This document shows, piece after piece, positions 47,401 through 57,259 of a stretch of DNA of 64,000 bases. The notes below the pieces were generated by a model, which was given only the letters and a program-made list of their open reading frames with translations, did not search any database and was not told where the DNA came from. A program made the position numbers and the translations under genes. Each line of letters starts with the position of its first letter. The first letter of the stretch is position 1. This DNA comes from Nitrospirota bacterium (GTDB lineage Bacteria > Nitrospirota > Thermodesulfovibrionia > Thermodesulfovibrionales > Dissulfurispiraceae), in NCBI GenBank assembly GCA_963790025.1, contig CAWBMP010000004.1, positions 992,001-1,056,000 of the forward strand, written 5' to 3'.

Positions 47401-47728
47401 AGTGGTTATTATACTTTATTTCAGAGGTCCACAGGAAAATTGAAAGACAGATACGACAATCACGTGCATCATATAGCTGTTTCGGCCTCCAAAGAGGGAC
47501 TACGGAACGTCATCGGATAAGAGCACGCTTAAGCGGATGAAGCCGCGGCCAAAACCGGTGATCAAGGATAGGAAAGATAAGTAATGTGTCCCCGGAATTA
47601 TCAAGACGAAATACTTCGGACAGTTTATTCCGGTTTAGTTCGGACACCGATATATGCGGTGCCATTCCGAAGCAGGAACAGTTATCTGGTAGACCCACAA
47701 ATTAGGCAATCCTACCTTATTGTCCTAC

Positions 47729-47757
47729 TTGACAATCCTCCTTATTAGTATTATCAT
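47729..47757 (+). promoter_or_regulatory. Sigma70-type promoter of vapBC
   Basis: TTGACA-N17-TATCAT. Confidence 0.65.
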
Positions 47758-47777
47758 AATATCAAGGGGGTATTTCT

Positions 47778-48008
47778 ATGAAAACATCAGTCACAATTCC
47801 TGATGAAATATTCAGGCAAGCCAAGGCTATATCCGACAATTTTAGTCAAGTAGTTTCGGATGCATTAAGGGAATATATCAGGCAAGGAAAGGTTCGGAAA
47901 GCAAAAAAGAGTTTTGGCAGCTGGAATGCCCGTGATGGAAAAAGTGTTGATATTGTAAATGAATTGCGAAAAGAGGAAGGAAGAAATTATGCAGACAGTG
48001 ATCATTGA
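47778..48008 (+). CDS. RHH antitoxin (VapB/CcdA-like)
   Basis: MKTSVTIPDEIF...SQVVSDALREYI; overlaps the PIN gene. Confidence 0.8.
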   Translation: MKTSVTIPDEIFRQAKAISDNFSQVVSDALREYIRQGKVRKAKKSFGSWNARDGKSVDIVNELRKEEGRNYADSDH

Positions 48009-48390
48009 TACCGACATCGCAATTGATTATCTGCGCGGTATTAATTATGCCAAGAACCTTATAATCCCCCTATTAGAAACTGAGAGAGCTTTTCTAAGCG
48101 TGCTTGGCGTGTATGAACTTCAGGCTGGTATGCGAGATGGAGAACAAACGAGCACAGGAGATTTGATAAATGCTTGTTGTATTGAATTGGTGACTTATGA
48201 TATTGCGATTAAGGGCGGGGAACTGTACAGGCACTTCAGGAGCAAAGGCATTACTCTGACATCCATAGACTGTCTCATCGCAGCAACTGCGGCGTTAAAG
48301 GGACACGTGATCGCAACTCGGAATACCGAGCATTATCCAGAAAAGGGACTGCTGTTGTCCGAACTAAATCAGAATGAATACCCGAACTAA
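47989..48390 (+). CDS. VapC PIN-domain toxin
   Basis: IIDTDIAIDYLRG, YEL, DCLIAATA, TRNTEHY. Confidence 0.9.
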   Translation: MQTVIIDTDIAIDYLRGINYAKNLIIPLLETERAFLSVLGVYELQAGMRDGEQTSTGDLINACCIELVTYDIAIKGGELYRHFRSKGITLTSIDCLIAATAALKGHVIATRNTEHYPEKGLLLSELNQNEYPN

Positions 48391-48407
48391 ATCGTATTCC
48401 TTTTTTT

Positions 48408-49583
48408 CTAATTACAGTTCACACCAGCGCCAACCGGTGCCTGTACGCATTGCGATCCCGCATATGTATAATGGTCACACGACAGGGTATTGACCGTGTC
48501 ATTCGTGTAATCGTAAAGTGCATTTGTCCCGAACGGATCTATAATGATCTGCGCCAGAAGCCTCGGGTCCGGAAAATTGCCGGGAATGACCTGTCGAAAG
48601 GGATAAGATTTGGCGTCATATCCATTCGAAGTGGCTGTGTAACTGAAGCTGCCATTTGGCTGTACAAGGTAACGGTCCGTCGTATATTGGAGAGTGTAAA
48701 TAATAGTCCCGACATTCTGATATGAATACATAAGAGGGAACTGCTGGTTGCAAGTGTTTACGGTCCTGCTGCTGGAATCAATAGTTATCCTTGCGATACA
48801 GTTGCCGCTGGTATCGCAGTCTTCCGCTATTTGAACATTCCGTGCGTAATCGACGATTGCATATGAAGCAGTATAATTGGTAAATTCGGGGACTACGACT
48901 TCGCTGATCAACGACTGAAGCCCCTGGTCTGGATTTACGACGGGCTGATTACTGGTAGACTGCGGAGGATCGTACCTCCCATGCGTTTCAACAGTAGTGC
49001 TGCTTATAAGATTCAGGCTCTGGTCGAGGATGTTCTTGTAAAGTATTCCTCCGTCGGGATATTCCGATGCTAACCCGGGGGGAAGATCCGGTGCAGCAAG
49101 TGGATGATAAACATAGTATAGGATTCGAGGGTTCACTGATATGACCCTCATTCCCATGTTCCGGACCCGCCCATCCGGATAAATAAGAAGTGGCAGGTAA
49201 ACAGCCTTCGGTGTGCCCTTATCAGCATCATCAATGAAATTATAGTACCAATCCAGCCGACAGTAATCATATCCGCTGCCGGCAAGATACGATACGACGC
49301 TTGCCACGTATCCATCAGGCACCAGCCCGGCAAAGGCACTAAGCGCATCAGAAGCCGACGCGAAATCGCCTTGCGAAATGCCTCCGTTACCCAGTGCATA
49401 GGCAGGCTCTACTTTCGCGTCGAATGCATCTGAGCGCTTCCATGTAACATTATTTTCTCCGGCACCGTGCCCTTCGGTAATAAACAGTATATTTTGTACT
49501 GGCACAGAGGTTATCCCGCAAAATGCCGGGGTGCCGGCAAACGTTGTGATCACCCAAAAAAACGTTATTAGCCAAAGTTTCAT
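48408..49583 (-). CDS. Secreted hypothetical protein (possible pilus-associated adhesin)
   Basis: Signal peptide; Tyr/Cys-rich; last gene of the pilin block. Confidence 0.6.
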   Translation of the reverse strand: MKLWLITFFWVITTFAGTPAFCGITSVPVQNILFITEGHGAGENNVTWKRSDAFDAKVEPAYALGNGGISQGDFASASDALSAFAGLVPDGYVASVVSYLAGSGYDYCRLDWYYNFIDDADKGTPKAVYLPLLIYPDGRVRNMGMRVISVNPRILYYVYHPLAAPDLPPGLASEYPDGGILYKNILDQSLNLISSTTVETHGRYDPPQSTSNQPVVNPDQGLQSLISEVVVPEFTNYTASYAIVDYARNVQIAEDCDTSGNCIARITIDSSSRTVNTCNQQFPLMYSYQNVGTIIYTLQYTTDRYLVQPNGSFSYTATSNGYDAKSYPFRQVIPGNFPDPRLLAQIIIDPFGTNALYDYTNDTVNTLSCDHYTYAGSQCVQAPVGAGVNCN

Positions 49584-49584
49584 C

Positions 49585-50544
49585 TCAGTATAACCCTGTA
49601 GCTGTTACCGTCAGGAATACGCCTGGGGACCATGGCAATTCCGCGTTTAGGACCGCCGTATACGGAATTGTCATCCCGGTAGTATCCGGGTTTCTTGAAG
49701 CAGCAGAGGAGTTGTCAAGCAACATCTCCCTACCCCACGCAGTAGTCACGGCATCGGTGTTCAACCCGAGCGCGGACTTGAGTCCCGTAGCTGTCACAGT
49801 TTGAGCTCCTGTACAAGTAGAATTGGAAACCCCCGATGCGCCGTCCCATGCCTGGTCCTGAGCGCATGAACTGCTCTGGTTTGCAAACCGGTCTATATAG
49901 ATGTTTTTCTGAACGTCGTTAAGGTAAAGCTGCGTAAAATAGTTTTGATAAGAATCGCGGACAATATACATCTTTTGGAGTGTGTTTTGAACATTGCTTA
50001 CCTCATACTGCCAGCCGTTTACAATGACGCCAATATCATCACCGAGCAAATTCAGCGTCCCTGTAGTTTGATCGGACGTACTTTCCATAGTGCCGTTCCA
50101 GCCGGAAGACACCAGAGCAATTACATGATAACTCACCCCCGAAGTGCTGTCCTGCAGAAGATTCGATACAAACACCATCAGGGGATTATGCATCGAATCG
50201 GTGGCAATAGCTGAGGATGCAAGGCTCGAATTTGACGCTATGGCCCGCAGCGCTGAAAGATTGCCGGCATCAGTCGCAAGCCCATTACTGAGCGCGTATG
50301 GAGTGCCATTAATCGCGAATACGAACGTATTGGAGTTCTGCGAATCCACAGACCACGCATTGGACTGGTATGCAGTCTGCAACGCTGCCCGGAGATCGGC
50401 AAGGTTTTTCTTGACCTCGGTTTCCCTTTGCCACCGCACCAAATATATCCAACCGCCCATGGACATCACGGTTATAGTCATTATGATGCCAAGCACGATT
50501 GCAAGTTCAGCTAGAGTAAAACCACTATTATTAAAGCTCTTCAA
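49585..50544 (-). CDS. Prepilin-type N-terminal methylation domain protein (large minor pilin)
   Basis: G|FTLAELAIVLGII. Confidence 0.85.
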   Translation of the reverse strand: MKSFNNSGFTLAELAIVLGIIMTITVMSMGGWIYLVRWQRETEVKKNLADLRAALQTAYQSNAWSVDSQNSNTFVFAINGTPYALSNGLATDAGNLSALRAIASNSSLASSAIATDSMHNPLMVFVSNLLQDSTSGVSYHVIALVSSGWNGTMESTSDQTTGTLNLLGDDIGVIVNGWQYEVSNVQNTLQKMYIVRDSYQNYFTQLYLNDVQKNIYIDRFANQSSSCAQDQAWDGASGVSNSTCTGAQTVTATGLKSALGLNTDAVTTAWGREMLLDNSSAASRNPDTTGMTIPYTAVLNAELPWSPGVFLTVTATGLY

Positions 50545-50554
50545 GTGGACGTTC

Positions 50555-51301
50555 CTAATTATTTGTTGTTGCCGTCATCCAAATCGTCGCACCCCAGGGA
50601 GTATTAAATCCGATCCGGGACGTATAAGGCGGCGCCAATGAATTCACAGTTGGGGAGGAATTATCGAATATCATATTATTTCCATACGCGTCCTGGCAGT
50701 CCGCAACTCCCACGCCGAGCACCGGCTGCAGTATCTGAGCAGTGGCATTCGTCACGCACTGAATCTCGCCCATCCCTCCGCACGATGTGCCTGTAAAAAA
50801 GTTTGCCCCCACCCCACCGCTTTGCAGCTTCTCCGCCTTGAAATAATTCTCAAGCGCGGAAGTCAAAGTCGCAGCTTTATTCTGTGAGGCCCGCACCAGG
50901 GACATGCCGATTCTACAGCCATCCACAATCTGTACCTGGTCATTGCTGCCGGACGTCACATTCCCTGTTATCATGTCCATTGTTGTCGCGGTCCCTGATA
51001 GTCCCGGGAGGACAAGCGCATACCTGTGAGCATATGTCTGCCCGTTGCAATTCACTCGGTTTGAAGCAAGCAACGTCAACCCCCACCGAGCGCTGACGCC
51101 AGGCGGCACAACTTGCCCTGCATTTCCGTCGATCATAAAAATGTTGGACTGATACCAGGCCGTAATATTTTGTGACTGTTCCGCAAGTAACACCGTTTTT
51201 TCCGCTGCGGTAACACTGTTGGCGTCATAAACGGTGCCTGCCGTCATAAGTGAAAAAAAAGCGGCTATGAAAAAAAATACTGCTATAACTATTGCCGCCA
51301 T
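50555..51301 (-). CDS. Pilin-like protein (paralogous to 49585..50544)
   Basis: Hydrophobic N-terminus; C-terminal DAYGNNMIFDNSS...PYT resembles TAWGREMLLDNSS...PYT of the neighbour. Confidence 0.65.
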   Translation of the reverse strand: MAAIVIAVFFFIAAFFSLMTAGTVYDANSVTAAEKTVLLAEQSQNITAWYQSNIFMIDGNAGQVVPPGVSARWGLTLLASNRVNCNGQTYAHRYALVLPGLSGTATTMDMITGNVTSGSNDQVQIVDGCRIGMSLVRASQNKAATLTSALENYFKAEKLQSGGVGANFFTGTSCGGMGEIQCVTNATAQILQPVLGVGVADCQDAYGNNMIFDNSSPTVNSLAPPYTSRIGFNTPWGATIWMTATTNN

Positions 51302-51307
51302 TATTGA

Positions 51308-52342
51308 TTATCGAAACGCTTCCTGGTCATACGAATAACGTTTTGCCTCCTCCACAGTTATATGCCCGTGGCTTACCAGCATATCGAGCGATTTGTTCAA
51401 TTGGATACACCCATTGGAAGACATCAACTGATTAGGAAGCTGCTGCAGCTTGTCGCTTCTTATAATATTGGATATCGCCCTGTTAGTTATGCATATCTCG
51501 TACGCTACGCGCACCAGTCCATTTCTGCCCCTGATAAGCTTTTGGACAAGCACAGTCCTGAGTACTGATGATAGAGACGACCTCACATTCCCTTTCATGT
51601 CTTCCGGCTGCATATCGATAAACCGGGCAACGGTTTGATGCACCGAATCCGTGTGCATTGTCGAAAGCACCAGATGCCCGGTTTCAGCGGCCTGCAGTGC
51701 TACCAGTGCAGTCTCCCTGTCTCTTATTTCTCCAACCACAATGATATCAGGATGCTGGCGCATAGCTGACCGGAGATGAGGAAGAAAGCTTTCGCCAGTC
51801 CCGGTTTCCCTTTGGCTTACTAGGGACTTTCGCTCTTTTATGATGTATTCAATCGGGTCTTCTATCAATATGATCTTTTTCCTGTAACGGTCATTTATGT
51901 ATTCGATTAACGAGGCCATTGTTGTAGACTTGCCCGATCCTGTCGGACCGCATATCAGGATGAGTCCCTGTTTTAATTCCATCGATTGATAAAGATGTTC
52001 CGGGAACCCAAGTTCTTTTAATGTCTTGATACGCGATGGTAAAAGCCTTATTGTTAGGTCCAGTCCCTGCCAGCGCTTGTCAAGATTGCACCGGAGTCTC
52101 CGTCCGTTAAAGGTGACACCGAAATCCAGAGGCAAGCTTTCAATATTGCCCTTAAAAAGAAGATCATTCAGGAGTGTTTTTATTTCATTATCATTAGTCC
52201 TGGAATCACAAATTGGTTTCATTTCGTTGTTTGTTCTGATAGAAGGATGTGAGTCCGCAGCAAAGTAGAAGTCACTTAAACCGTCCGTATCGAGGTGCCC
52301 CCGGACTATATCTATCAATTGGTTACAGTTGCCAGTGTCCAT
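51308..52342 (-). CDS. PilT/PilU-family ATPase (copy 2)
   Basis: GPTGSGKSTT, IEDPIEY, AMRQHPDIIVVGEIRD, AISNIIRS. Confidence 0.9.
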   Translation of the reverse strand: MDTGNCNQLIDIVRGHLDTDGLSDFYFAADSHPSIRTNNEMKPICDSRTNDNEIKTLLNDLLFKGNIESLPLDFGVTFNGRRLRCNLDKRWQGLDLTIRLLPSRIKTLKELGFPEHLYQSMELKQGLILICGPTGSGKSTTMASLIEYINDRYRKKIILIEDPIEYIIKERKSLVSQRETGTGESFLPHLRSAMRQHPDIIVVGEIRDRETALVALQAAETGHLVLSTMHTDSVHQTVARFIDMQPEDMKGNVRSSLSSVLRTVLVQKLIRGRNGLVRVAYEICITNRAISNIIRSDKLQQLPNQLMSSNGCIQLNKSLDMLVSHGHITVEEAKRYSYDQEAFR

Positions 52343-52446
52343 ATGATCGTCCCCAAAATAGCTTGCAATGTGCTACGTTCAGCGCACTGTAAAAAAAAGT
52401 TTTTTTATTAACGCAAAACCCTGTTCACAAAACGTAGTGCTCTGTA

Positions 52447-53040
52447 TTACCAGGTTTCTTCAACTATAAAATATATGTCCGTTGTATCCGCATTACCATC
52501 GGAAAGGCAAACTCTGTTTCCCATTTGGTCTTTTATGGCTTTTGCAGTATCGTGGGGGACCGACAGTACTTGCACGGTGTGGTCTGCCCCCGTTGGATTA
52601 TTGGCCCCAACCTGTGTACAGTTCGCACAGTTGCCAGTCCCGCCGCCGCTGCCCGTAAGTTTGACATAGTGATACGTCACCCCTGCAACAAACTGGTCAG
52701 CAACATCAATGGCCGGAGCTGTCCCGGTCGTCTTTGACGGCGTGTCCATATATGGACCTTTCCAGTAGTCCGTTACAGTTGAAGGCATAACACTTTTGTC
52801 CCATAAAAGCTGCAGCGCTGCAGGATACGAGCCGAGATCGGCCTTGTAACGTATCAACCCGGATGATATGTTTTCAACGGTTTTCATGATCGCAGCCGCA
52901 TTCCTTTTGTCAGAACTGCCCTGGAGCGTCGGCAAAATAAGTGCCAGCAAAACAATTATTATCGATATAACCATCAGGAGTTCTACAAGCGTAAAGCCTG
53001 ACTCACAAGACGCACCAAGAATTCGCTTTTTTATTCTCAT
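52447..53040 (-). CDS. Type IV pilin / GspG-like major (pseudo)pilin
   Basis: G|FTLVELLMVISII; YKADLGSYP...L..L...WKGPY; strong RBS. Confidence 0.88.
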   Translation of the reverse strand: MRIKKRILGASCESGFTLVELLMVISIIIVLLALILPTLQGSSDKRNAAAIMKTVENISSGLIRYKADLGSYPAALQLLWDKSVMPSTVTDYWKGPYMDTPSKTTGTAPAIDVADQFVAGVTYHYVKLTGSGGGTGNCANCTQVGANNPTGADHTVQVLSVPHDTAKAIKDQMGNRVCLSDGNADTTDIYFIVEETW

Positions 53041-53084
53041 TTCCCCCTCCTTAGTGGATTTCTATTTGAGTCGCCCGGCAAAGT

Positions 53085-53104
53085 ACTTACTTGAATATTA
53101 CTTT
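53085..53104 (-). promoter_or_regulatory. Island motif, extended form (AAAGTAATATTCAAGTAAGT)
   Basis: Exact 10-mer 54 nt before ATG 53040; 19 bp identical to 40047-40065. Confidence 0.75.
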
Positions 53105-53263
53105 TTGAAACACGATAAATGGGTTGAGGTGGTTCACGTCAGTTTTATTAAAGTTCAAGGGCAAGGGGCAAAAATCGATAATTCCGACATGTTGCTATAT
53201 CAATGGGTAAACCTGCTGTATGGGTTCATTGGACTGTTTGCTTTTTTGAGGTTATGATAAACT

Positions 53264-53701
53264 CTACGGCTCAGATTCGGGCCAAGCGATAAGGCCGGTA
53301 ATCGATGCTCCATGCCAGAGCTGTCGGTCAAAGGTAGCCAGAACAACTGGCTCACCCAGCATTTCCTGCCAGAAAACCGCAGCCGCCAGATGAACGGCGT
53401 CGTATCCCCGTAATCCGTGGTCCCATGCTAGGGTAGCTGCGCGGGCTACCAGAACTTCCGTTATCTGAAAGCGAATCAGGTCCTCCCAATCAGCAGTGAC
53501 CACTTGCAATGCAGCGGCTGCCTCGTCACGCCTAAGCACGTGCATGCGGATAGCTTTCCCAAGTGCAGCTGCGACTTCAGCACGACTGATGGCAGCAGTA
53601 GCAATAACATTAGCCTTTGTTATAAGCGAAGTGACTGCCTGTGAGCCAGCTTCGGCAACATAACGCTTCAACAAAGCGCTTGCGTCCAAATATAATATCA
53701 T
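53264..53701 (-). CDS. VapC PIN-domain toxin
   Basis: YLDASALLKRYVAEAGS, LRGYDAVHLAAA, TFDRQL. Confidence 0.9.
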   Translation of the reverse strand: MILYLDASALLKRYVAEAGSQAVTSLITKANVIATAAISRAEVAAALGKAIRMHVLRRDEAAAALQVVTADWEDLIRFQITEVLVARAATLAWDHGLRGYDAVHLAAAVFWQEMLGEPVVLATFDRQLWHGASITGLIAWPESEP

Positions 53702-53973
53702 TCCCGGTCCTCAATCAGCAGGTCTGCCACCGCACGCTTGCCCCGTGCTTTTGCAACTGGGGGCATCGGAGAAAGCTTTTTCCTGTTCCAGAAAACCAAG
53801 CCGGCTTTCACCATAACGTCAATGCGATCTCCTACAGGAGCGGCGGCCGGTACAATACGGCCAATTGGTGTCCCCCGTTCCGTTATAACTACCGACTCAC
53901 CAGCCTTAGTTAAACGCAAATAATGGCTTAGCCGACTCTTTAACTCACGAATACTCACTAGCGTTACAGCCAT
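53698..53973 (-). CDS. Phd/YefM antitoxin
   Basis: VSIRELKSRLSHYL...GESVVITERGTPIGRIVP. Confidence 0.9.
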   Translation of the reverse strand: MAVTLVSIRELKSRLSHYLRLTKAGESVVITERGTPIGRIVPAAAPVGDRIDVMVKAGLVFWNRKKLSPMPPVAKARGKRAVADLLIEDRE

Positions 53974-54151
53974 AATAAACACCTCCGTCACACTGCCTTG
54001 TGACTACATTATAGCATAACGTGACCCACACATGACAGCTGCATGGGAATTCCCAGTTTAATCCTGCTTATCGCCCTGCAACCGTCATGTCCAGAACATA
54101 GACCCGGCCCCAATTTTCCAGGAATTCCTAATTCTCAATTCTCGATTTTTC

Positions 54152-55162
54152 TTAAAGTCCGCCGAGCATACTGTATATCGGATATACCGTTATCCCGAAC
54201 AACCCTACTATTGAGAGTCCTGCAACGAGCAAAAGCGCAATGTTCAGTGTCGCGACCATTCTGCCCATCATCTTATCAAGACTCTTTATCTCGATCTCGG
54301 AAAGTTTTTTAAAGGACTTGCCTATTTTGCCGGTCGCATCTCCAACTTCCAAATAAATGACAACGTCATCGCTTGCACCGCCTCTTTCAAATGATTTAGG
54401 TACGGAGTTGCCTTCCTCCATGGCCTTGCCGGCTTCGGATAATACTTTCTTAAGAGGACCTGCAAGTGATTGTCCTACGGCATTCAATGACCTTGTCGTA
54501 TTTATGCCCGACTCATGAAAAACGGCGAGAAGCAAATAGGCTGTGGCATTTTCCTGCAAGGTCAAGACACTACTGACAACCGGTATTTTGTACAGGAAAT
54601 AATAATACCTTTTGACAAGAAAAAAAATGAGCGCTCCGGCGCCTATAATTAGCACTAAAGACAATGAAAGATTGCCTCTCAAGAATACCGACAGTGTGAA
54701 TAATGCCTTTGTGGCTGCTGGTATTTTCTTTGGATCTACGCTTTTAAAAACAGCGGCAAACCTCGGTATAAGAAATATGACCACGCCGCCGAATGTACCC
54801 GCAAGTGCCGTGATAATGCCGATCGGGTAGGAAATGGCTTTTTTGGTTCTTTCATATACCGTCTGTTTCAATTGATATACCCGACCGATCTCGGCGAATA
54901 TTACATCCAGATGGCCGGATTTTTCTCCGGCAGTTATGGCTTCTATAAGGTTATCCGGCAGTATGCCGTGAAATCCGGCGGCAATCGTCCCTTCTTCAAT
55001 GAAAATTCTTCGCCTCATGTCCTCAATTACCTGTGCCTTTCTTTTTTTTGCGAAGATGCTCTCGAGTCTCCGCAAAGTGTATCTGATATCAAGGCCATCT
55101 GCTATTGATTCTTCAAACACTTCGAGAATTATTGATATCTCTTCTATTTTTAAATCAATCAT
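54152..55162 (-). CDS. PilC/GspF inner-membrane platform protein
   Basis: AGEKSGHLD, KAISYP, IPRFAAVF, VGDATG, YPIY. Confidence 0.88.
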   Translation of the reverse strand: MIDLKIEEISIILEVFEESIADGLDIRYTLRRLESIFAKKRKAQVIEDMRRRIFIEEGTIAAGFHGILPDNLIEAITAGEKSGHLDVIFAEIGRVYQLKQTVYERTKKAISYPIGIITALAGTFGGVVIFLIPRFAAVFKSVDPKKIPAATKALFTLSVFLRGNLSLSLVLIIGAGALIFFLVKRYYYFLYKIPVVSSVLTLQENATAYLLLAVFHESGINTTRSLNAVGQSLAGPLKKVLSEAGKAMEEGNSVPKSFERGGASDDVVIYLEVGDATGKIGKSFKKLSEIEIKSLDKMMGRMVATLNIALLLVAGLSIVGLFGITVYPIYSMLGGL

Positions 55163-56769
55163 ATTACCCTCTCAATCTCCTCGTAAGAGGATATCCCGCT
55201 CAGTACCTTATATTCGGCATCCTGCCTTATATTCGGGACGATTGCGGAAGCCTGTTCCCTTGCATCTATAATATTTCCGTCGAGGGCCAGGTCAAGTGCT
55301 TCCCGTGTTGCGCTCTGAAACGGAAAGTGTTCTGAAAGCATGGTCCTGCCTTTATAGCCCGTGTTATTGCATTTGGAGCAGCCGGCTGCCTCATATACTT
55401 CCCCCTTTGGAGAAGCAGACCGGTCGGACTTTTTTTTGCATGAACAAAGAACTCTCGCCAGCCGTTGAGAAATTATGCCGAGAACAGCAGCCTCTATCAT
55501 TGAGTTCGGAATGCCTAGCCCCTGAAGCCGGGGGATAGCTTTGATTGCATCATTGGCGTGAAGTGTTGTAAAGACAAGATGCCCCGTGTTTGCCATGTCA
55601 AAAGCAATTTTAGCGCTTTCTTCATCTCTGATTTCACCGCAAAAAATGATATCGGGATCGTGCCGCAGGATGCTCCTGAGCGCGTCTGCCATAGTGAGTT
55701 TGTCGTTGACCTGTATTTGCTTCCATAAATAGTTGCGGTATTCAACAGGGTCCTCCACTGTTACAACCGAACGCGAGATAGTATTAATGGTGGCCATAGT
55801 TGAGTATATGCTCGTGCTTTTGCCTGAACCCGTAGGTCCGGTAAAAATTATCAGCCCGTGAGACTTGAGCTTTGACACATTAAGAAATTCCATGACAAAC
55901 CTGCTTACGCCGAGGTCTTCAAGCGGTAAAATACTTGTCCTTCTGTCAAGAATCCTGATGACTACGGACTCTGCGTACCCTTTTCTGCTCCAGTTGGGTA
56001 TCGTCGATACCCTGAAATCTACCGGAGCATACCTATCTTCTCCCATGAACTTCCCGTCGATCCTTCCGTCCTGCGGCTGTTGTTTTTCAACCTGATTCAT
56101 GCCGCTCTGCAATTTAATCAGGTTGGTTAGTCGGGTAAATTGGTCATCATCGAGAGCAACGAGCATTTCAAGCAGACCGTTGCGCCTCAATTTTATTCTT
56201 CCGCCCTCGACAGTAGGTTCAATGTGTATATCGGAGCATCGCTCGATGATCCCCTTTTTCAGGAGCAGGCGTAGGCCTTTTCCTGCCTGTTCTTCATGGG
56301 CAGAGCCTTTCGAGAGAGCTTTTACTATTTCATCGTCCGCTATGTGAATCAGGGATTCAAGATATCTCTGATAGGTATCACTCGAAACCACTACGAATTG
56401 CGCCTGCTTCCCCAATCGCTGTTTAACATGCCGCGCTACGGCATCTCTTTTATTTATACTCATTGGATCAACCATCCCGATCTTAACAAAAGTTCCGTTC
56501 TGCTCTATCGGAACGATCTCGTTCTCTTCTATGAATGAAAATTCAACCGGTATGTCCCGCTGTACATCATGGGTAAAGATCGAAAAATGCTCCAGTCGCC
56601 ATTGCTCCGCCAAACACAACGATAGCGTCTCCGGGTTCACCAGCGACATTTCCAGAAGTATTTCTCCTAGCGGCTTTTTTCTTATCTTTTGCTCTTTTAA
56701 AGCAAGTTCTATATATACGGCCGGGACATTATGGTCGATCAATACTTTTCCTATTTTTCTTTCAAACAC
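55159..56769 (-). CDS. PilB/GspE assembly ATPase
   Basis: SDIHIEP, PQDGRI, TGPTGSGKSTS, LRHDPDII, tetracysteine motif, GYKGR. Confidence 0.93.
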   Translation of the reverse strand: MFERKIGKVLIDHNVPAVYIELALKEQKIRKKPLGEILLEMSLVNPETLSLCLAEQWRLEHFSIFTHDVQRDIPVEFSFIEENEIVPIEQNGTFVKIGMVDPMSINKRDAVARHVKQRLGKQAQFVVVSSDTYQRYLESLIHIADDEIVKALSKGSAHEEQAGKGLRLLLKKGIIERCSDIHIEPTVEGGRIKLRRNGLLEMLVALDDDQFTRLTNLIKLQSGMNQVEKQQPQDGRIDGKFMGEDRYAPVDFRVSTIPNWSRKGYAESVVIRILDRRTSILPLEDLGVSRFVMEFLNVSKLKSHGLIIFTGPTGSGKSTSIYSTMATINTISRSVVTVEDPVEYRNYLWKQIQVNDKLTMADALRSILRHDPDIIFCGEIRDEESAKIAFDMANTGHLVFTTLHANDAIKAIPRLQGLGIPNSMIEAAVLGIISQRLARVLCSCKKKSDRSASPKGEVYEAAGCSKCNNTGYKGRTMLSEHFPFQSATREALDLALDGNIIDAREQASAIVPNIRQDAEYKVLSGISSYEEIERVI

Positions 56770-56809
56770 GCCTTTTGCTCCATACCCTTGTTAAGGTCCT
56801 TCTGCTGCG

Positions 56810-57259
56810 TTACCCTTTGAAATAACATCGCGCATTTATTTTTATTGACCTGCTGGCCAGGACATGTTTTGTATATACAACCGGCATCAACTCCTTAAGT
56901 TTTTCAAGAGAGATAATTATATGAGCAAGAGATTTGTAATTATTTATATCGATCACAAATGAAATATACTTGCCCACATCATCTGAAGACTCGGCCATTT
57001 CACTCATAGGGAAACCTTTCTTATCCGCTATATTTTTAAGGCCCAGCATAGCGTCTTCCTTTGTATCGAGATGCACGTTAAAAGCAGGCAAAGTCTTTAA
57101 ATTACGTATTTTTGCCATTAGTATTGCGGTTTTCTGCTTTTCTGCTTTCAGCCGCATTTCAAGCTCGCTGTTTTTTTTATATTGGGGCAATGTGATACTA
57201 CTGTAAATCAAAAAGGCGGCGATAATTGCCCCGACCGGCAGGACCGGTATCTTCTTCAA
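56810..57259 (-). CDS. PilO-like alignment protein (start uncertain)
   Basis: TM plus coiled coil; position between the pilN-like gene and pilB. Confidence 0.5.
   Translation of the reverse strand: MKKIPVLPVGAIIAAFLIYSSITLPQYKKNSELEMRLKAEKQKTAILMAKIRNLKTLPAFNVHLDTKEDAMLGLKNIADKKGFPMSEMAESSDDVGKYISFVIDINNYKSLAHIIISLEKLKELMPVVYTKHVLASRSIKINARCYFKG

Larger units (their letters stand above)
46680..47599. mobile_element. 920-bp cassette bounded by perfect 22-bp inverted repeats
   Basis: AATTCCGGGGACACATTACTTA at 46680-46701 and its reverse complement at 47578-47599. Confidence 0.7.
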
